DNA of 42,955 nucleotides from Candidatus Giovannonibacteria bacterium RIFCSPHIGHO2_02_FULL_45_13 (GCA_001778635.1 MFHO01000004.1:11415-54369); one strand, 5' to 3'. Counted from the stretch's first letter, positions 7,004-15,769 are shown. Numbers and translations are program-made. Notes: generated from the sequence alone by a model not told the origin.

Positions 7004-7633
7004 TCAAAAAAGCGAGGCTTGGGGAGGTAATTTTGGCGCAAACACCGGTTTGGGCACAACAGATTGAGAATTTTTTAATAACTCTGGCAGTTTTTTAAAA
7101 TCTTCCTCAAGCTCTTTTAATACTTGAGTAGAGCGCAAAGCGGCTGCTGGATGATAGAGAGGAACAACGAGAATAGTTTTCCCCTCCTTCGTTAAAACTT
7201 CGGAGGGCGCAGCGTGATCTCGAGAAATTTTCGCGTTGGGTAAAAAATAAGCCATAGCAAACCTTCCGAGCGCGACTATCATTTTTGGATTTATAATTTT
7301 TATTTGCCGAGTTAAATACGGCTTGTATGCTTCAATTTCCTCCGGCAAAGGATCGCGGTTTTCCGGCGGACGTCTTTTTACAATATTGGTAATGTAAACT
7401 GACTCGCGCGGCCATTTGATATCCGCCAAAAGCTTATCCAACAATTTTCCAGCTTGTCCCACAAAAGGCCTTACTAATCTGTCCTCATGAAACCCCGGCC
7501 CCTCGCCGATAAACATTACCTCCGCATCCGGCTTTCCTTCCCCAAAAACCAAATTCGCCGTCCCCAAAAGCGGCAGTGATTTATCCGCCTCCATTTCTCG
7601 CTTTAATTTTTCTAATTCTTCAACCTTGCCCAC
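7004..7633 (-). CDS. Uracil-DNA glycosylase, family 4
   Basis: GEGPGFHEDRLVRPFVGQAGKLL (family-4 motif A) and LYHPAAALR (motif B). Confidence 0.9.
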   Translation of the reverse strand: MGKVEELEKLKREMEADKSLPLLGTANLVFGEGKPDAEVMFIGEGPGFHEDRLVRPFVGQAGKLLDKLLADIKWPRESVYITNIVKRRPPENRDPLPEEIEAYKPYLTRQIKIINPKMIVALGRFAMAYFLPNAKISRDHAAPSEVLTKEGKTILVVPLYHPAAALRSTQVLKELEEDFKKLPELLKNSQSVVPKPVFAPKLPPQASLF

Positions 7634-8237
7634 GTTTTATAATATACTCTCTGTGTTTAATTATATGAATCAATGTCGGTAGAGCGGAAATGATAATGAT
7701 CGCCAAAATTATCGGGATTAAATATCTGTCTATCCCGGGAATTACGGCTCCTAAAAAATATCCCAACCCGGTCATGCCGATTGCCCAAAAAAACCCTCCC
7801 AAAATATTATAAAAAAAGAACGTCGGATAATGCATTTGTCCTACGCCGGCCAAAATCGGGGCGAATGTGCGCACAACCGGCAAAAAACGTGCAAGCACCA
7901 AAGTCTTTGCCCCGTATTTTTCATAAAAAATCTTCGCGCGCTCAAGATGATCTTTGTGAAAAAAAACTGAATCGTCGCGCCGAAAAATAGCCGGCCCAAC
8001 CTTTTTTCCAAAAGCGTATCCGAAATTATCCCCCAAAATCGCGGCTACAAAAACAAGCGGCGCTAGCAGCCAAATATTCAAAAATCCCTGCGATGCTAAA
8101 AAACCAGCAGTAAAAAGCAACGAGTCTCCCGGCAGAAAAAAACCGATAAATAATCCGGACTCCGCAAAAACAATTCCAAAAAGACCAAGATAACCGGCCG
8201 TCTTAATTAGTGAAATCAAATCAAGGCCCGGTATCAT
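7620..8237 (-). CDS. DedA family membrane protein
   Basis: FAESGLFIGFFLPGDSLLFTAG and LARFLPVVRTFAPILAGV are typical of DedA/SNARE-associated proteins. Confidence 0.85.
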   Translation of the reverse strand: MIPGLDLISLIKTAGYLGLFGIVFAESGLFIGFFLPGDSLLFTAGFLASQGFLNIWLLAPLVFVAAILGDNFGYAFGKKVGPAIFRRDDSVFFHKDHLERAKIFYEKYGAKTLVLARFLPVVRTFAPILAGVGQMHYPTFFFYNILGGFFWAIGMTGLGYFLGAVIPGIDRYLIPIILAIIIISALPTLIHIIKHREYIIKRGQG

Positions 8238-9376
8238 AATATTTGATAAACAATTTCATAAACAATGCTTGCGGCAAAAAGCAAAATCAAAAGAGCTTGA
8301 TGAATAGGCCCGAACGGCAGAAATTTATATCCCGAAATTCCGCCTTTCCTTATTTTGCGCAAAATAAAAATAACAAAAAATCCGTCCAAGGCTATAAATA
8401 CGCCACCCACTATAGAAATTATTTTTATGAAATCCGTAAGCCCCAAAAGAAAAAGCGCCGTTGGGACTGCCGCGCTTAAAATCCAGGCCCAGAGCTTCGA
8501 AATTCCGGCATCCAGCCGATAAATCTGTCTAAGATCGTACGCCAAAACCAAAAAAGATGTAAAAACCGCTAAAAATCCGACAAGCGCCCCCAAAATAACC
8601 GCTCGCCGTCCCAAAACTCCTTCAAGACTGGAGATTGTGTCTTGGGAAACCGGACCGTTTACGGCCATAAGCGCTCCTATGATAAAAATTGCGTACAAAA
8701 TAATCGGAATAATCGTGCCCAAGGCGATTATTTTTTTGAGAGGCTGTTTTTCTTCAACATTCCTGAACCTAAAAATATCATATGCATCCGGTATCACCGA
8801 AAGGCCGGTGAGCGCGAAAACAAAAATGCCGAACGCAAAAAACGGGTCAGGTCCAAAAAGAGGAATATTCGCAACACTCCCGCCTTTGAAAGCCAAAAAG
8901 GAAATAATGAGGATCGCCAAAACCATCGGTATAGTCAAAATAAAATTCAAAAAACCTATCCCCTCAATGTTTTCAAAAAATAAAATTAGCGCGGAGGCCG
9001 CAAAAAAAATTAAAGTCCACCAAAATGGGGGACTGCCGAAGATCGTAGATAAAAAAACTCCCCCCAAAACAGCGTAAATAAGAAGCGTTGCGTTAAAAAA
9101 AATTATCTGCCCAGCTTTATTTAAATTGCCGGCAAACTTGCCGAGATATGCCCCGACGTATCCGGGAAGACGATGCCTTTCTTCCGTGTTTACAACTATC
9201 TCTCCGTAGGCAAGATGTATTGACATAACCGCGAAAAAAGCAAAGCCCGCCGCGATCAATGAAGCCCAAAGGCCGGAAACAGAAACGGCGTAAGGCAAAG
9301 CGAACATCCCGGAACCTATAATCATTCCGCCAAAAACACCCAAGGCTTCCCAAAATGGGGATCTAAACGTCTTCAT
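8234..9376 (-). CDS. amino-acid permease-like polytopic membrane protein
   Basis: 380 aa with about 11 TM helices. The N-terminal GGMIIGSGMFALPYAVSVSG resembles the Trp/Tyr-permease/AAAP family. Confidence 0.6.
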   Translation of the reverse strand: MKTFRSPFWEALGVFGGMIIGSGMFALPYAVSVSGLWASLIAAGFAFFAVMSIHLAYGEIVVNTEERHRLPGYVGAYLGKFAGNLNKAGQIIFFNATLLIYAVLGGVFLSTIFGSPPFWWTLIFFAASALILFFENIEGIGFLNFILTIPMVLAILIISFLAFKGGSVANIPLFGPDPFFAFGIFVFALTGLSVIPDAYDIFRFRNVEEKQPLKKIIALGTIIPIILYAIFIIGALMAVNGPVSQDTISSLEGVLGRRAVILGALVGFLAVFTSFLVLAYDLRQIYRLDAGISKLWAWILSAAVPTALFLLGLTDFIKIISIVGGVFIALDGFFVIFILRKIRKGGISGYKFLPFGPIHQALLILLFAASIVYEIVYQIL

Positions 9377-9824
9377 CGCGCTTATTTTGAGAAAGGTCTC
9401 CGTTGTGAATATAATTTTCTAAAAATCTTAATACCCACAAAACAAAAAGCACAAGAACTGTTGTGTAAATTGCAATGACGTAAAAACCAAATCCGGTCGC
9501 CATGCCAATCGCGGCAGTCGCCCAAAGACCGGCGGCAGTAGTTAAGCCTTCAATGCGGCTTCCTCTAACCAAAATCAACCCGCCGCCGATAAAACCAATG
9601 CCTACCACGACCTGTGAAGCAATGCGCGAAGGGTCAAAGTAAGACACGCCCAAAGAGCTTTTAACAGACATTATTGTAAATAAGGCGGCGCCAACGGTAA
9701 CAAGCATGTAGGTCCGAAGCCCGGCCGGCTTTCCGTGATACTCGCGTTCGAAACCAACCAGCATCCCCAAAACCGCCGCAAGGGTTAACTGATAAACCAT
9801 TTGAATTGTGTCTGCCGTAAACAT
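9363..9824 (-). CDS. MgtC/SapB family membrane protein
   Basis: LAAVLGMLVGFEREYHGKPAGLRTYMLVTVGAALFT is the characteristic MgtC N-terminal domain. Confidence 0.85.
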   Translation of the reverse strand: MFTADTIQMVYQLTLAAVLGMLVGFEREYHGKPAGLRTYMLVTVGAALFTIMSVKSSLGVSYFDPSRIASQVVVGIGFIGGGLILVRGSRIEGLTTAAGLWATAAIGMATGFGFYVIAIYTTVLVLFVLWVLRFLENYIHNGDLSQNKRDEDV

Positions 9825-9836
9825 ATTTATATAACT

Positions 9837-10409
9837 TTATACTTTAACAACTTTTTCTTTTTTTACAAGCTCCAAAACTTTTTTAACCAGTTGCTTCGGA
9901 TCGGAATCGTAAATGATATTGCCCGGGCCGCGCTGTGATTTTGCGATTATGTCTTTAATTACGTCCGTAGACCCGCCGGAACCCTCTAAAACTCCTATTG
10001 GCTTATTGTCTTCCAGAGCGATAGTAAATTCGTTAATCGTGCCCCAACGGCCGCAGCCTATTATAACAGCGTCTGCTGACCGCGTAAGAAATAAATTTCT
10101 TCCGGAATACCCGAATCCGGTATAAATTATCATGTCCATATAATCCACAGGCAGTTTGTAAGATTCTATATGTTCCTTTTCGGAAGATGCCGGAGAGAGT
10201 CCGATTGTAAATCCGCCGGCCTCTTTGGCGCCTATTGCCGCCCACATCGGGAAGCCTGTTGTAGCGCCATTCACCAAAACGGCGTTATTTTTTGCAATTT
10301 CCTGCCCCAAAATTTTTGCTTTTTCTAAAGCATCCGGTGCGCAATGCCCCGTCTCCGCCGCCCCGGACACGCAAATCTTATATTTAAGATGTATGTGCTG
10401 CCCGTCCAT
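9837..10409 (-). CDS. TIGR00725/LOG-like Rossmann-fold protein
   Basis: KICVSGAAETGHC...VLVNGATTGFPMWAAIGAKEAGGFTIGLSP...IIGCGRWGTINEF matches the LOG/TIGR00725 pattern. Confidence 0.65.
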   Translation of the reverse strand: MDGQHIHLKYKICVSGAAETGHCAPDALEKAKILGQEIAKNNAVLVNGATTGFPMWAAIGAKEAGGFTIGLSPASSEKEHIESYKLPVDYMDMIIYTGFGYSGRNLFLTRSADAVIIGCGRWGTINEFTIALEDNKPIGVLEGSGGSTDVIKDIIAKSQRGPGNIIYDSDPKQLVKKVLELVKKEKVVKV

Positions 10410-10477
10410 TCTCTGATTATAGCATAAATAAAAAACGCCCGTTTTGATTGCCGCGGCTAACGCAATAGGTTCAAAAC

Positions 10478-10516
10478 CTTGTCAATAGTGACAATTTTGA
10501 GTTGAAAAGTTAAGAT
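10478..10516 (+). promoter_or_regulatory. promoter with palindromic box upstream of hicB
   Basis: cTTGTCAATAGTGACA (palindrome TTGTCA-ATAG-TGACAA). TGACAA serves as -35, then a 16-nt spacer, then TAAGAT as -10, ending 6 nt before ATG 10523, which may give a leaderless mRNA. The identical 16-mer recurs at 11363-11378. Confidence 0.45.
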
Positions 10517-10522
10517 TTGGGC

Positions 10523-10747
10523 ATGACTTATAAATCAACAATAGTAATCAATAAAGAAAGCGAATGGTTCGTGGCTTATTCTTTGGAGTTGGGCGTCGCG
10601 AGTCAAGGAAAAACCATAGAGGAAGCACAAGCAAATTTGAAAGAAGCTATTGAACTTTATTTGGAGGACCAGCCAGTTTTGCGAAAAAAGCTTGCGTGTT
10701 CTAATGTTGCGCCGCTTGTTACTTCTCTAGAATTAAAGCACGTCTAA
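10523..10747 (+). CDS. hicB: HicB-family antitoxin
   Basis: MTYKSTIVINKESEWFVAYSLELGVASQGKTIEEAQANLKEAIELYLED is a UPF0150/HicB-like fold signature. Confidence 0.8.
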   Translation: MTYKSTIVINKESEWFVAYSLELGVASQGKTIEEAQANLKEAIELYLEDQPVLRKKLACSNVAPLVTSLELKHV

Positions 10748-10969
10748 AACTTTTTTGGCAAAGAGCTTATTAAAATTTTAAGCCGCGAGTTCGGCTTTTA
10801 TTTTGTTTCGCAAAAAGGCAGTCATGTGAAACTGCGAAGAAAAATTGGCAATAAAGCTTTTACAACCATCATACCGCCTCACAAAGAACTCGCTCCAGGA
10901 ACTTTCCGCGCGGCGCTAAAACTCGGCGGTTTAGAGGAAGACGAATTTTGGAAAGTAGTGAAAAAATAA
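10748..10969 (+). pseudogene. hicA: HicA-family toxin reading frame without its own start codon
   Basis: Open frame GKELIKILSREFGFYFVSQKGSHVKLRRKIGNKAFTTIIPPHKELAPGTFRAALKLGGLEEDEFW. It is in the same frame as hicB, separated only by TAA 10745-10747. No ATG/GTG/TTG is present near its 5' end. Confidence 0.7.
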
Positions 10970-11019
10970 CCCCAGACGCACTATTTAAAAATTCAATAGT
11001 AAAGTCGGGGCTTAAGCGA

Positions 11020-11298
11020 TCAAGGTGAAATGAGTTTTAAATCTGTGTGGAGTTGCCTAAAACGTTCGGGGTCAATTCCCTTTTTTATTAGATACCCCCT
11101 CCAGTACGCCTTGGTATAAGAATAACTACTGCCAAAGACAGCCAGCCGCTCTGGTTCCATCTCAATACAGTCGTCTCGCCAGAAGTTAGACATAACAAAT
11201 TGATTCGGGCTATTAATCCAGCCGATAACTCTACTTATTTCTTCGGCGTTTTCCCTGAACCATCTTCTTTTAATTTTTCTTCGTTGGGCACTATTCAT
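11020..11298 (-). CDS. hypothetical protein (92 aa from ATG 11298)
   Basis: ORF track entry 11020-11370 starts at TTG. The internal ATG at 11298 has AAAGGA upstream. No family recognised. Confidence 0.45.
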   Translation of the reverse strand: MNSAQRRKIKRRWFRENAEEISRVIGWINSPNQFVMSNFWRDDCIEMEPERLAVFGSSYSYTKAYWRGYLIKKGIDPERFRQLHTDLKLISP

Positions 11299-11362
11299 GA
11301 GAACTATCCTTTCTGGATGTGATTTGAAACGGTCTATTTTTAGAATAGCATACTTAAAACAG

Positions 11363-11402
11363 CTTGTCAATAGTGACAGTTGTGGGGCGGATAATTTAAG
11401 AT
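11363..11402 (+). promoter_or_regulatory. promoter with the same palindromic box upstream of the DUF4258 gene
   Basis: cTTGTCAATAGTGACA is identical to 10478-10493. TGACAG as -35, a 17-nt spacer, then TAAGAT (11397-11402), 12 nt before ATG 11415. Confidence 0.45.
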
Positions 11403-11414
11403 TAAAATAAAGAT

Positions 11415-11657
11415 ATGGATTATGAACTGACCCGGCACGCGAAAGAACGAATGACGGAGCGCCGAATTTCGGAAAAACTGTTAGAAAGCGCGATTCTGCA
11501 TCCGAACAAATTATTGTATGACGAAAAAGACAAAATCATGTTTAAAAAATTGTACGCTGGAGATAAAAGATTATTAATTGTAGTCGCCGAGAGAGCAAAA
11601 AATAATTTAAAAATTATTACAATAATTGATACCTCAAAACCTGAAGAATATTTATGA
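11415..11657 (+). CDS. DUF4258-like putative toxin
   Basis: YELTRHAKERMTERRISEKLLESAI matches the DUF4258 H-A-x-x-R-M-x-x-R-x-I pattern. Overlaps the next gene by ATGA. Confidence 0.7.
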   Translation: MDYELTRHAKERMTERRISEKLLESAILHPNKLLYDEKDKIMFKKLYAGDKRLLIVVAERAKNNLKIITIIDTSKPEEYL

Positions 11658-11893
11658 AAAAACAAAATCCTAAAATTTCATACGACAAGGAAAGCCAAGT
11701 AATGAGTATAGAACTAGGCAGGGCCAAAAGTGTTGACTCAGACATCAGCGGCAATGTTGTCATTGATTATGACAAAAATGGCAAAGTTGCTCGTGTTAAT
11801 TTCTATGAGTTTAATTTTGATAATTTCCGCGCCGGATTCAAGGCCGTCAAAGAATTTACTAAAAAATTGGATATCGCGCTTTCGGTAAAATAA
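11654..11893 (+). CDS. DUF2283-like putative antitoxin
   Basis: ISYDKESQVMSIELG...GNVVIDYDKNGKVARVNF is the typical DUF2283 pattern. Confidence 0.7.
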   Translation: MKKQNPKISYDKESQVMSIELGRAKSVDSDISGNVVIDYDKNGKVARVNFYEFNFDNFRAGFKAVKEFTKKLDIALSVK

Positions 11894-11921
11894 AAACAGC
11901 CGCCAGGATTTTCCGGATGGC

Positions 11922-11950
11922 TTGACATGGTCAAATCAAAAGAATAATAT
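11922..11950 (+). promoter_or_regulatory. sigma70-type promoter of pnp
   Basis: TTGACA (11922-11927), a 17-nt spacer, then TAATAT (11945-11950). About 90 nt upstream of pnp ATG 12044. Confidence 0.6.
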
Positions 11951-12043
11951 CTAATTATTACTAATTAATAATCGGTGGTCTTTGGATAGGTAGAGCCTGA
12001 GCATGTCGAAGGCCCTAAAATCTGGAGGCCACCCAAAGTAAAT

Positions 12044-14302
12044 ATGCAATCTAAAAAATTTACGACTGAAGTCGGAGGCAGAACTTTAACTGCCGAGTTT
12101 AGTGATTTGGCGCATCAGGCCAACGGGTCTTGTCTTGTCACTTACGGAGGTACGGTTGTTTTGGCGACCGTTGTGCAAAATAAATCTATGCGCGAGGGGA
12201 TTGATTTTTTCCCGCTTACTGTTGACTACGAGGAAAAATTCTACGCCGCAGGTATGATTTTGGGTTCTAGATTCATGCGCAGGGAAGGCCGGGCGTCGGA
12301 CGAGGCGATTTTGGTTTCGCGTCTAATTGATCGCTCTATCCGGCCGCTTTTTAACCAAAAAACCAGAAACGAAACGCAGGTAATTGTGCTCGCGCTTTCA
12401 ATTGACGAAGATAACGATCCGGACGTGCTTGCGATTTTGGCGACCTCTTTGGCATTGGGGACTTCAAACATTCCTTGGGCCGGGCCCGTAGGCGCTGTCA
12501 GAATTGGCAAGGTGGACGGAAAACTCACCATTAATCCAACATATAAAGATCGTGAAGGCGCGCCCTTGGACACAGTCATCTGCGGTGTGAGAGGTAAGGT
12601 AAACCCCCACACCAAAGTCTTTGGCGTGGGGGTAAACATGATTGAAGCGGCCGCTTCGGAAATTTTAGAAGACGAAATGATGGAGGCGCTCGCACTAGCC
12701 GCTGCAGAAAACGACAAACTTTGTGATTTTCAAAATAAAATTATAAAGGAAATCGGCGTAGAGAAGGCGGAAGTAAAACTTGCTGAGGCGCCAGCGGATA
12801 TGCGTGCGGAATTCAGAAAAAAAATCGCCCCCAAATTGGAAGAGACAATTTATATAAAAGAAAAACTCAATCGCTACGAAGCGATGAATGCATTAAAAGA
12901 CCAATGGCTGGAAGAATGCGAAGAAAATTTTGCGGACACTCCGCATAATATTGCCGATTCTCTTTTTGAAGACGCGATTAATGACATCGTGCACAAAAAT
13001 ATAGTAGATTCGCCGACTGGCGGAGAAAGACGGCCTGATGGCAGAGGAACAAAAGATCTGCGCTCGCTCTTTGCCAAAGCAGGAGTTTTGCCGAGGACGC
13101 ATGGCTCAGGGGTTTTTTATAGAGGCGAGACACATATTCTTTCTGTTGCTACCTTGGGCGCGCCTTCGGATGTTCAACTTATTGAAGGAATGGAAGTGCG
13201 AACCAAAAAAAGATTTATGCACCATTATAATTTTCCGCCTTTTTCGGTTGGGGAAATCAAACCAATGCGCGGCCCATCAAGGCGCGATATCGGCCATGGG
13301 GCTTTGGGAGAAAAAGCCTTGGTCGCGGTGATCCCGCCGGCGGAAATTTTCCCATACACAATCCGCGTTGTTTCCGAAACTCTTTCTTCAAACGGTTCTT
13401 CCTCAATGGGCTCGGTGACTGCTGGCTCGTTGGCTCTCATGGATGCGGGCGTGCCGATCAAAGCGCCAGTTTCCGGGATCGCAATGGGTCTTATGTTAAA
13501 AGATGAAACCCATTATAAAATTTTGACAGACATTCAGGGCCCTGAAGATCACCACGGCGACATGGATTTTAAAGTTGCGGGCACAAAAGATGGGATTACC
13601 GCTGTCCAGATGGATGTGAAGGTTGACGGAATTCCGCTTAAAATAATGCACGAAGCTTTTTTGCAGGCCAGAGAGGCGCGTATCCAAATTTTGGATGTTA
13701 TCACCAAAGAACTACCCAAGCATCGTGATGAACTTTCTTCTTTTGCCCCGCGGATTTTGACTATGCATATAAATCCGGACAAAATTCGCGATGTGATTGG
13801 GCCCGGAGGGAAAATGATCCAATCAATTGTTGCCGAAACCGGTGCGGAAATTGATATTGAGCAGGACGGAACTATTTTTATTACTTCACCAAATAAGGAA
13901 AGCCTTAAGGCGGCGGAAGAAAAAATTAAAATGCTTACGAAAGAATTTGAGATAGGCGAAACTTTCACTGGCAAAGTAACCCGCATTTTTCCATTTGGCG
14001 CGATGGTTGAGGTTGCTCCCAGACAAGAGGGGCTTGTGCACATCTCGGAGCTTGCGTCATTTCGCGTTGAGCAAGTGACTGACGTCGTATCTCCGGGAGA
14101 CGAAGTGCCGGTAAAAATCATCGGCGTTGATGATCAAGGAAGAATTAATCTTTCTATAAAAGCCGTAAAAGAGCTTCCGCTAAAATCTCACGAAGATCGG
14201 CGAGCCGGCGAAGCAGTTGCCCACCGCCAAGCCGAATACCGCATGCAAAGAGACGGCGGCGGCCAAGCTCGCGGCGGTCACGGCAGACCACATAGAAGGT
14301 AG
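12044..14302 (+). CDS. pnp: Polyribonucleotide nucleotidyltransferase (PNPase)
   Basis: 752 aa with two RNase PH-like domains (GSRFMRREGR, RRDIGHGALGE, EDHHGDMDFKVAGT), KH (IGPGGKMIQ) and S1 (GAMVEV...GLVHISE). Has a C-terminal Arg/Gly-rich tail. Confidence 0.97.
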   Translation: MQSKKFTTEVGGRTLTAEFSDLAHQANGSCLVTYGGTVVLATVVQNKSMREGIDFFPLTVDYEEKFYAAGMILGSRFMRREGRASDEAILVSRLIDRSIRPLFNQKTRNETQVIVLALSIDEDNDPDVLAILATSLALGTSNIPWAGPVGAVRIGKVDGKLTINPTYKDREGAPLDTVICGVRGKVNPHTKVFGVGVNMIEAAASEILEDEMMEALALAAAENDKLCDFQNKIIKEIGVEKAEVKLAEAPADMRAEFRKKIAPKLEETIYIKEKLNRYEAMNALKDQWLEECEENFADTPHNIADSLFEDAINDIVHKNIVDSPTGGERRPDGRGTKDLRSLFAKAGVLPRTHGSGVFYRGETHILSVATLGAPSDVQLIEGMEVRTKKRFMHHYNFPPFSVGEIKPMRGPSRRDIGHGALGEKALVAVIPPAEIFPYTIRVVSETLSSNGSSSMGSVTAGSLALMDAGVPIKAPVSGIAMGLMLKDETHYKILTDIQGPEDHHGDMDFKVAGTKDGITAVQMDVKVDGIPLKIMHEAFLQAREARIQILDVITKELPKHRDELSSFAPRILTMHINPDKIRDVIGPGGKMIQSIVAETGAEIDIEQDGTIFITSPNKESLKAAEEKIKMLTKEFEIGETFTGKVTRIFPFGAMVEVAPRQEGLVHISELASFRVEQVTDVVSPGDEVPVKIIGVDDQGRINLSIKAVKELPLKSHEDRRAGEAVAHRQAEYRMQRDGGGQARGGHGRPHRR

Positions 14303-14321
14303 GCGCATGTTAAAATAAAGT

Positions 14322-15182
14322 ATGGCTGACGGAGACAAGGAACTCCCTAAAATACGGACGCTGAAAACTGATGCCGAAGAATACATTAGTGAGAAAAAAA
14401 TATCGCAGCTGGATATCGCGCGCGGAGCTTATCTGGCGGGCAGGGAAGCGGGTGAAACATTCAGGCCCAAAAACCAATTTCCTTACAGGGCTGTTGCTTA
14501 TGGCGTTGTAGCCGTTTTGATTATCGGTTTAGCCGGATATTTTTCTTATAAATTATTTTTCAAAACCTCTCCGGAAATTGCAACGGAGGCTCCAAAGCCG
14601 TTCGCTAGTTTTTTGTCGGCAGAAGACGAAAAAACAATTTCTTTTTCAGAGGCCAATCCAGGAGCGCTGTCGGGCGCGCTTGGCGCGGAGCGCCAAAAAA
14701 GCCTTCGCGCCGGCACAATAATTTATTTTCCTATTAAAATTTTAAAACCGGGCGGAGAAGAAAAATTCGCGGACGCAAAAGAACTGGCCGGTTTTTTAAA
14801 TTGGCAGGCGCCAAAAGACTTTTTGAATAATCTAGAGCCGGATTTTAACGCGCTGATAATTTACGGGCCGGATTCGCGCGATTTCGCCGCAATCTTAAAA
14901 GTCAAGAATTTTGCAAGCGCATTAGCGCAGCTTTTTTCGTGGGAGAGCGCAATGTGGTTTGATTGGAAGCCGTTTTTGGCGGAAGAAGACGTTAAAAATA
15001 TCTCAAAATTCAGTTTTCAGGACGAAATTATACAAAACAACGATGCGCGGGTTTTTAGAAATTCCGGAGGAAAAATAATTTTAGGCTACTCCATTTTCAA
15101 CAAGAAATACGTTATAATTTCCACCTCCCGCGACGCGCTCTCCATAATTTTAGAACGGTTTATAAAATTACCCCCGAGATAA
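14322..15182 (+). CDS. hypothetical membrane-anchored protein (286 aa)
   Basis: Single TM helix AVAYGVVAVLIIGLAGYFSY. No family recognised. Confidence 0.55.
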   Translation: MADGDKELPKIRTLKTDAEEYISEKKISQLDIARGAYLAGREAGETFRPKNQFPYRAVAYGVVAVLIIGLAGYFSYKLFFKTSPEIATEAPKPFASFLSAEDEKTISFSEANPGALSGALGAERQKSLRAGTIIYFPIKILKPGGEEKFADAKELAGFLNWQAPKDFLNNLEPDFNALIIYGPDSRDFAAILKVKNFASALAQLFSWESAMWFDWKPFLAEEDVKNISKFSFQDEIIQNNDARVFRNSGGKIILGYSIFNKKYVIISTSRDALSIILERFIKLPPR

Positions 15183-15754
15183 TGTCTCTGTACTTCATCA
15201 CCGGAAATAAAAATAAGTTTGAGGAAATTAAATCTGTATTGCCGGAAATAGAGCAGCTGGATATGGATTTGCCGGAAATTCAGGAGGTTGACTCCCAAAA
15301 AATTATTGAAGCAAAATTGAAAGAGGCGCTAAACCACAAGCAGGGTGAATTTATTGTGGAAGACACTGGTTTATATTTGGAGTGTCTCAAGGGTCTGCCG
15401 GGGCCATTGATCAAATGGTTTTTAAAAAGCGTTGGATTGGCCGGGCTTGCCCAAATCGCCGAAAAATTAAAAAACAATCATGCGGAAGCAAAAACTATTA
15501 TCGGCTACGCAAAAAATCACGAAGAAATTTATTTTTTTGAGGGCGCGGTGTCCGGGCGGATCGTTTCTCCACGCGGCGAATCGCATTTCGGCTGGGATCC
15601 GATTTTTCAGCCGGATGGACGCCTGGAAACTTTCGCCGAAATGGATAACGAGAAACGCCAATCTCTCAAAATGCGCCGCCTCGCCGCGTTAAAGCTCAAA
15701 GAGTTTTTGGACGAGCAAAACATGACACAATTTGCATCCGAGGTAAAATTTTGA
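15182..15754 (+). CDS. rdgB: Non-canonical purine NTP pyrophosphatase (HAM1/RdgB family)
   Basis: FITGNKNKFEEI..., VEDTGLYLECLKGLPGPLIKWF, FGWDPIF. Its TGA stop is followed in frame by TAG. Confidence 0.9.
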   Translation: MSLYFITGNKNKFEEIKSVLPEIEQLDMDLPEIQEVDSQKIIEAKLKEALNHKQGEFIVEDTGLYLECLKGLPGPLIKWFLKSVGLAGLAQIAEKLKNNHAEAKTIIGYAKNHEEIYFFEGAVSGRIVSPRGESHFGWDPIFQPDGRLETFAEMDNEKRQSLKMRRLAALKLKEFLDEQNMTQFASEVKF

Positions 15755-15769
15755 TAGGGTTTAATAAAC

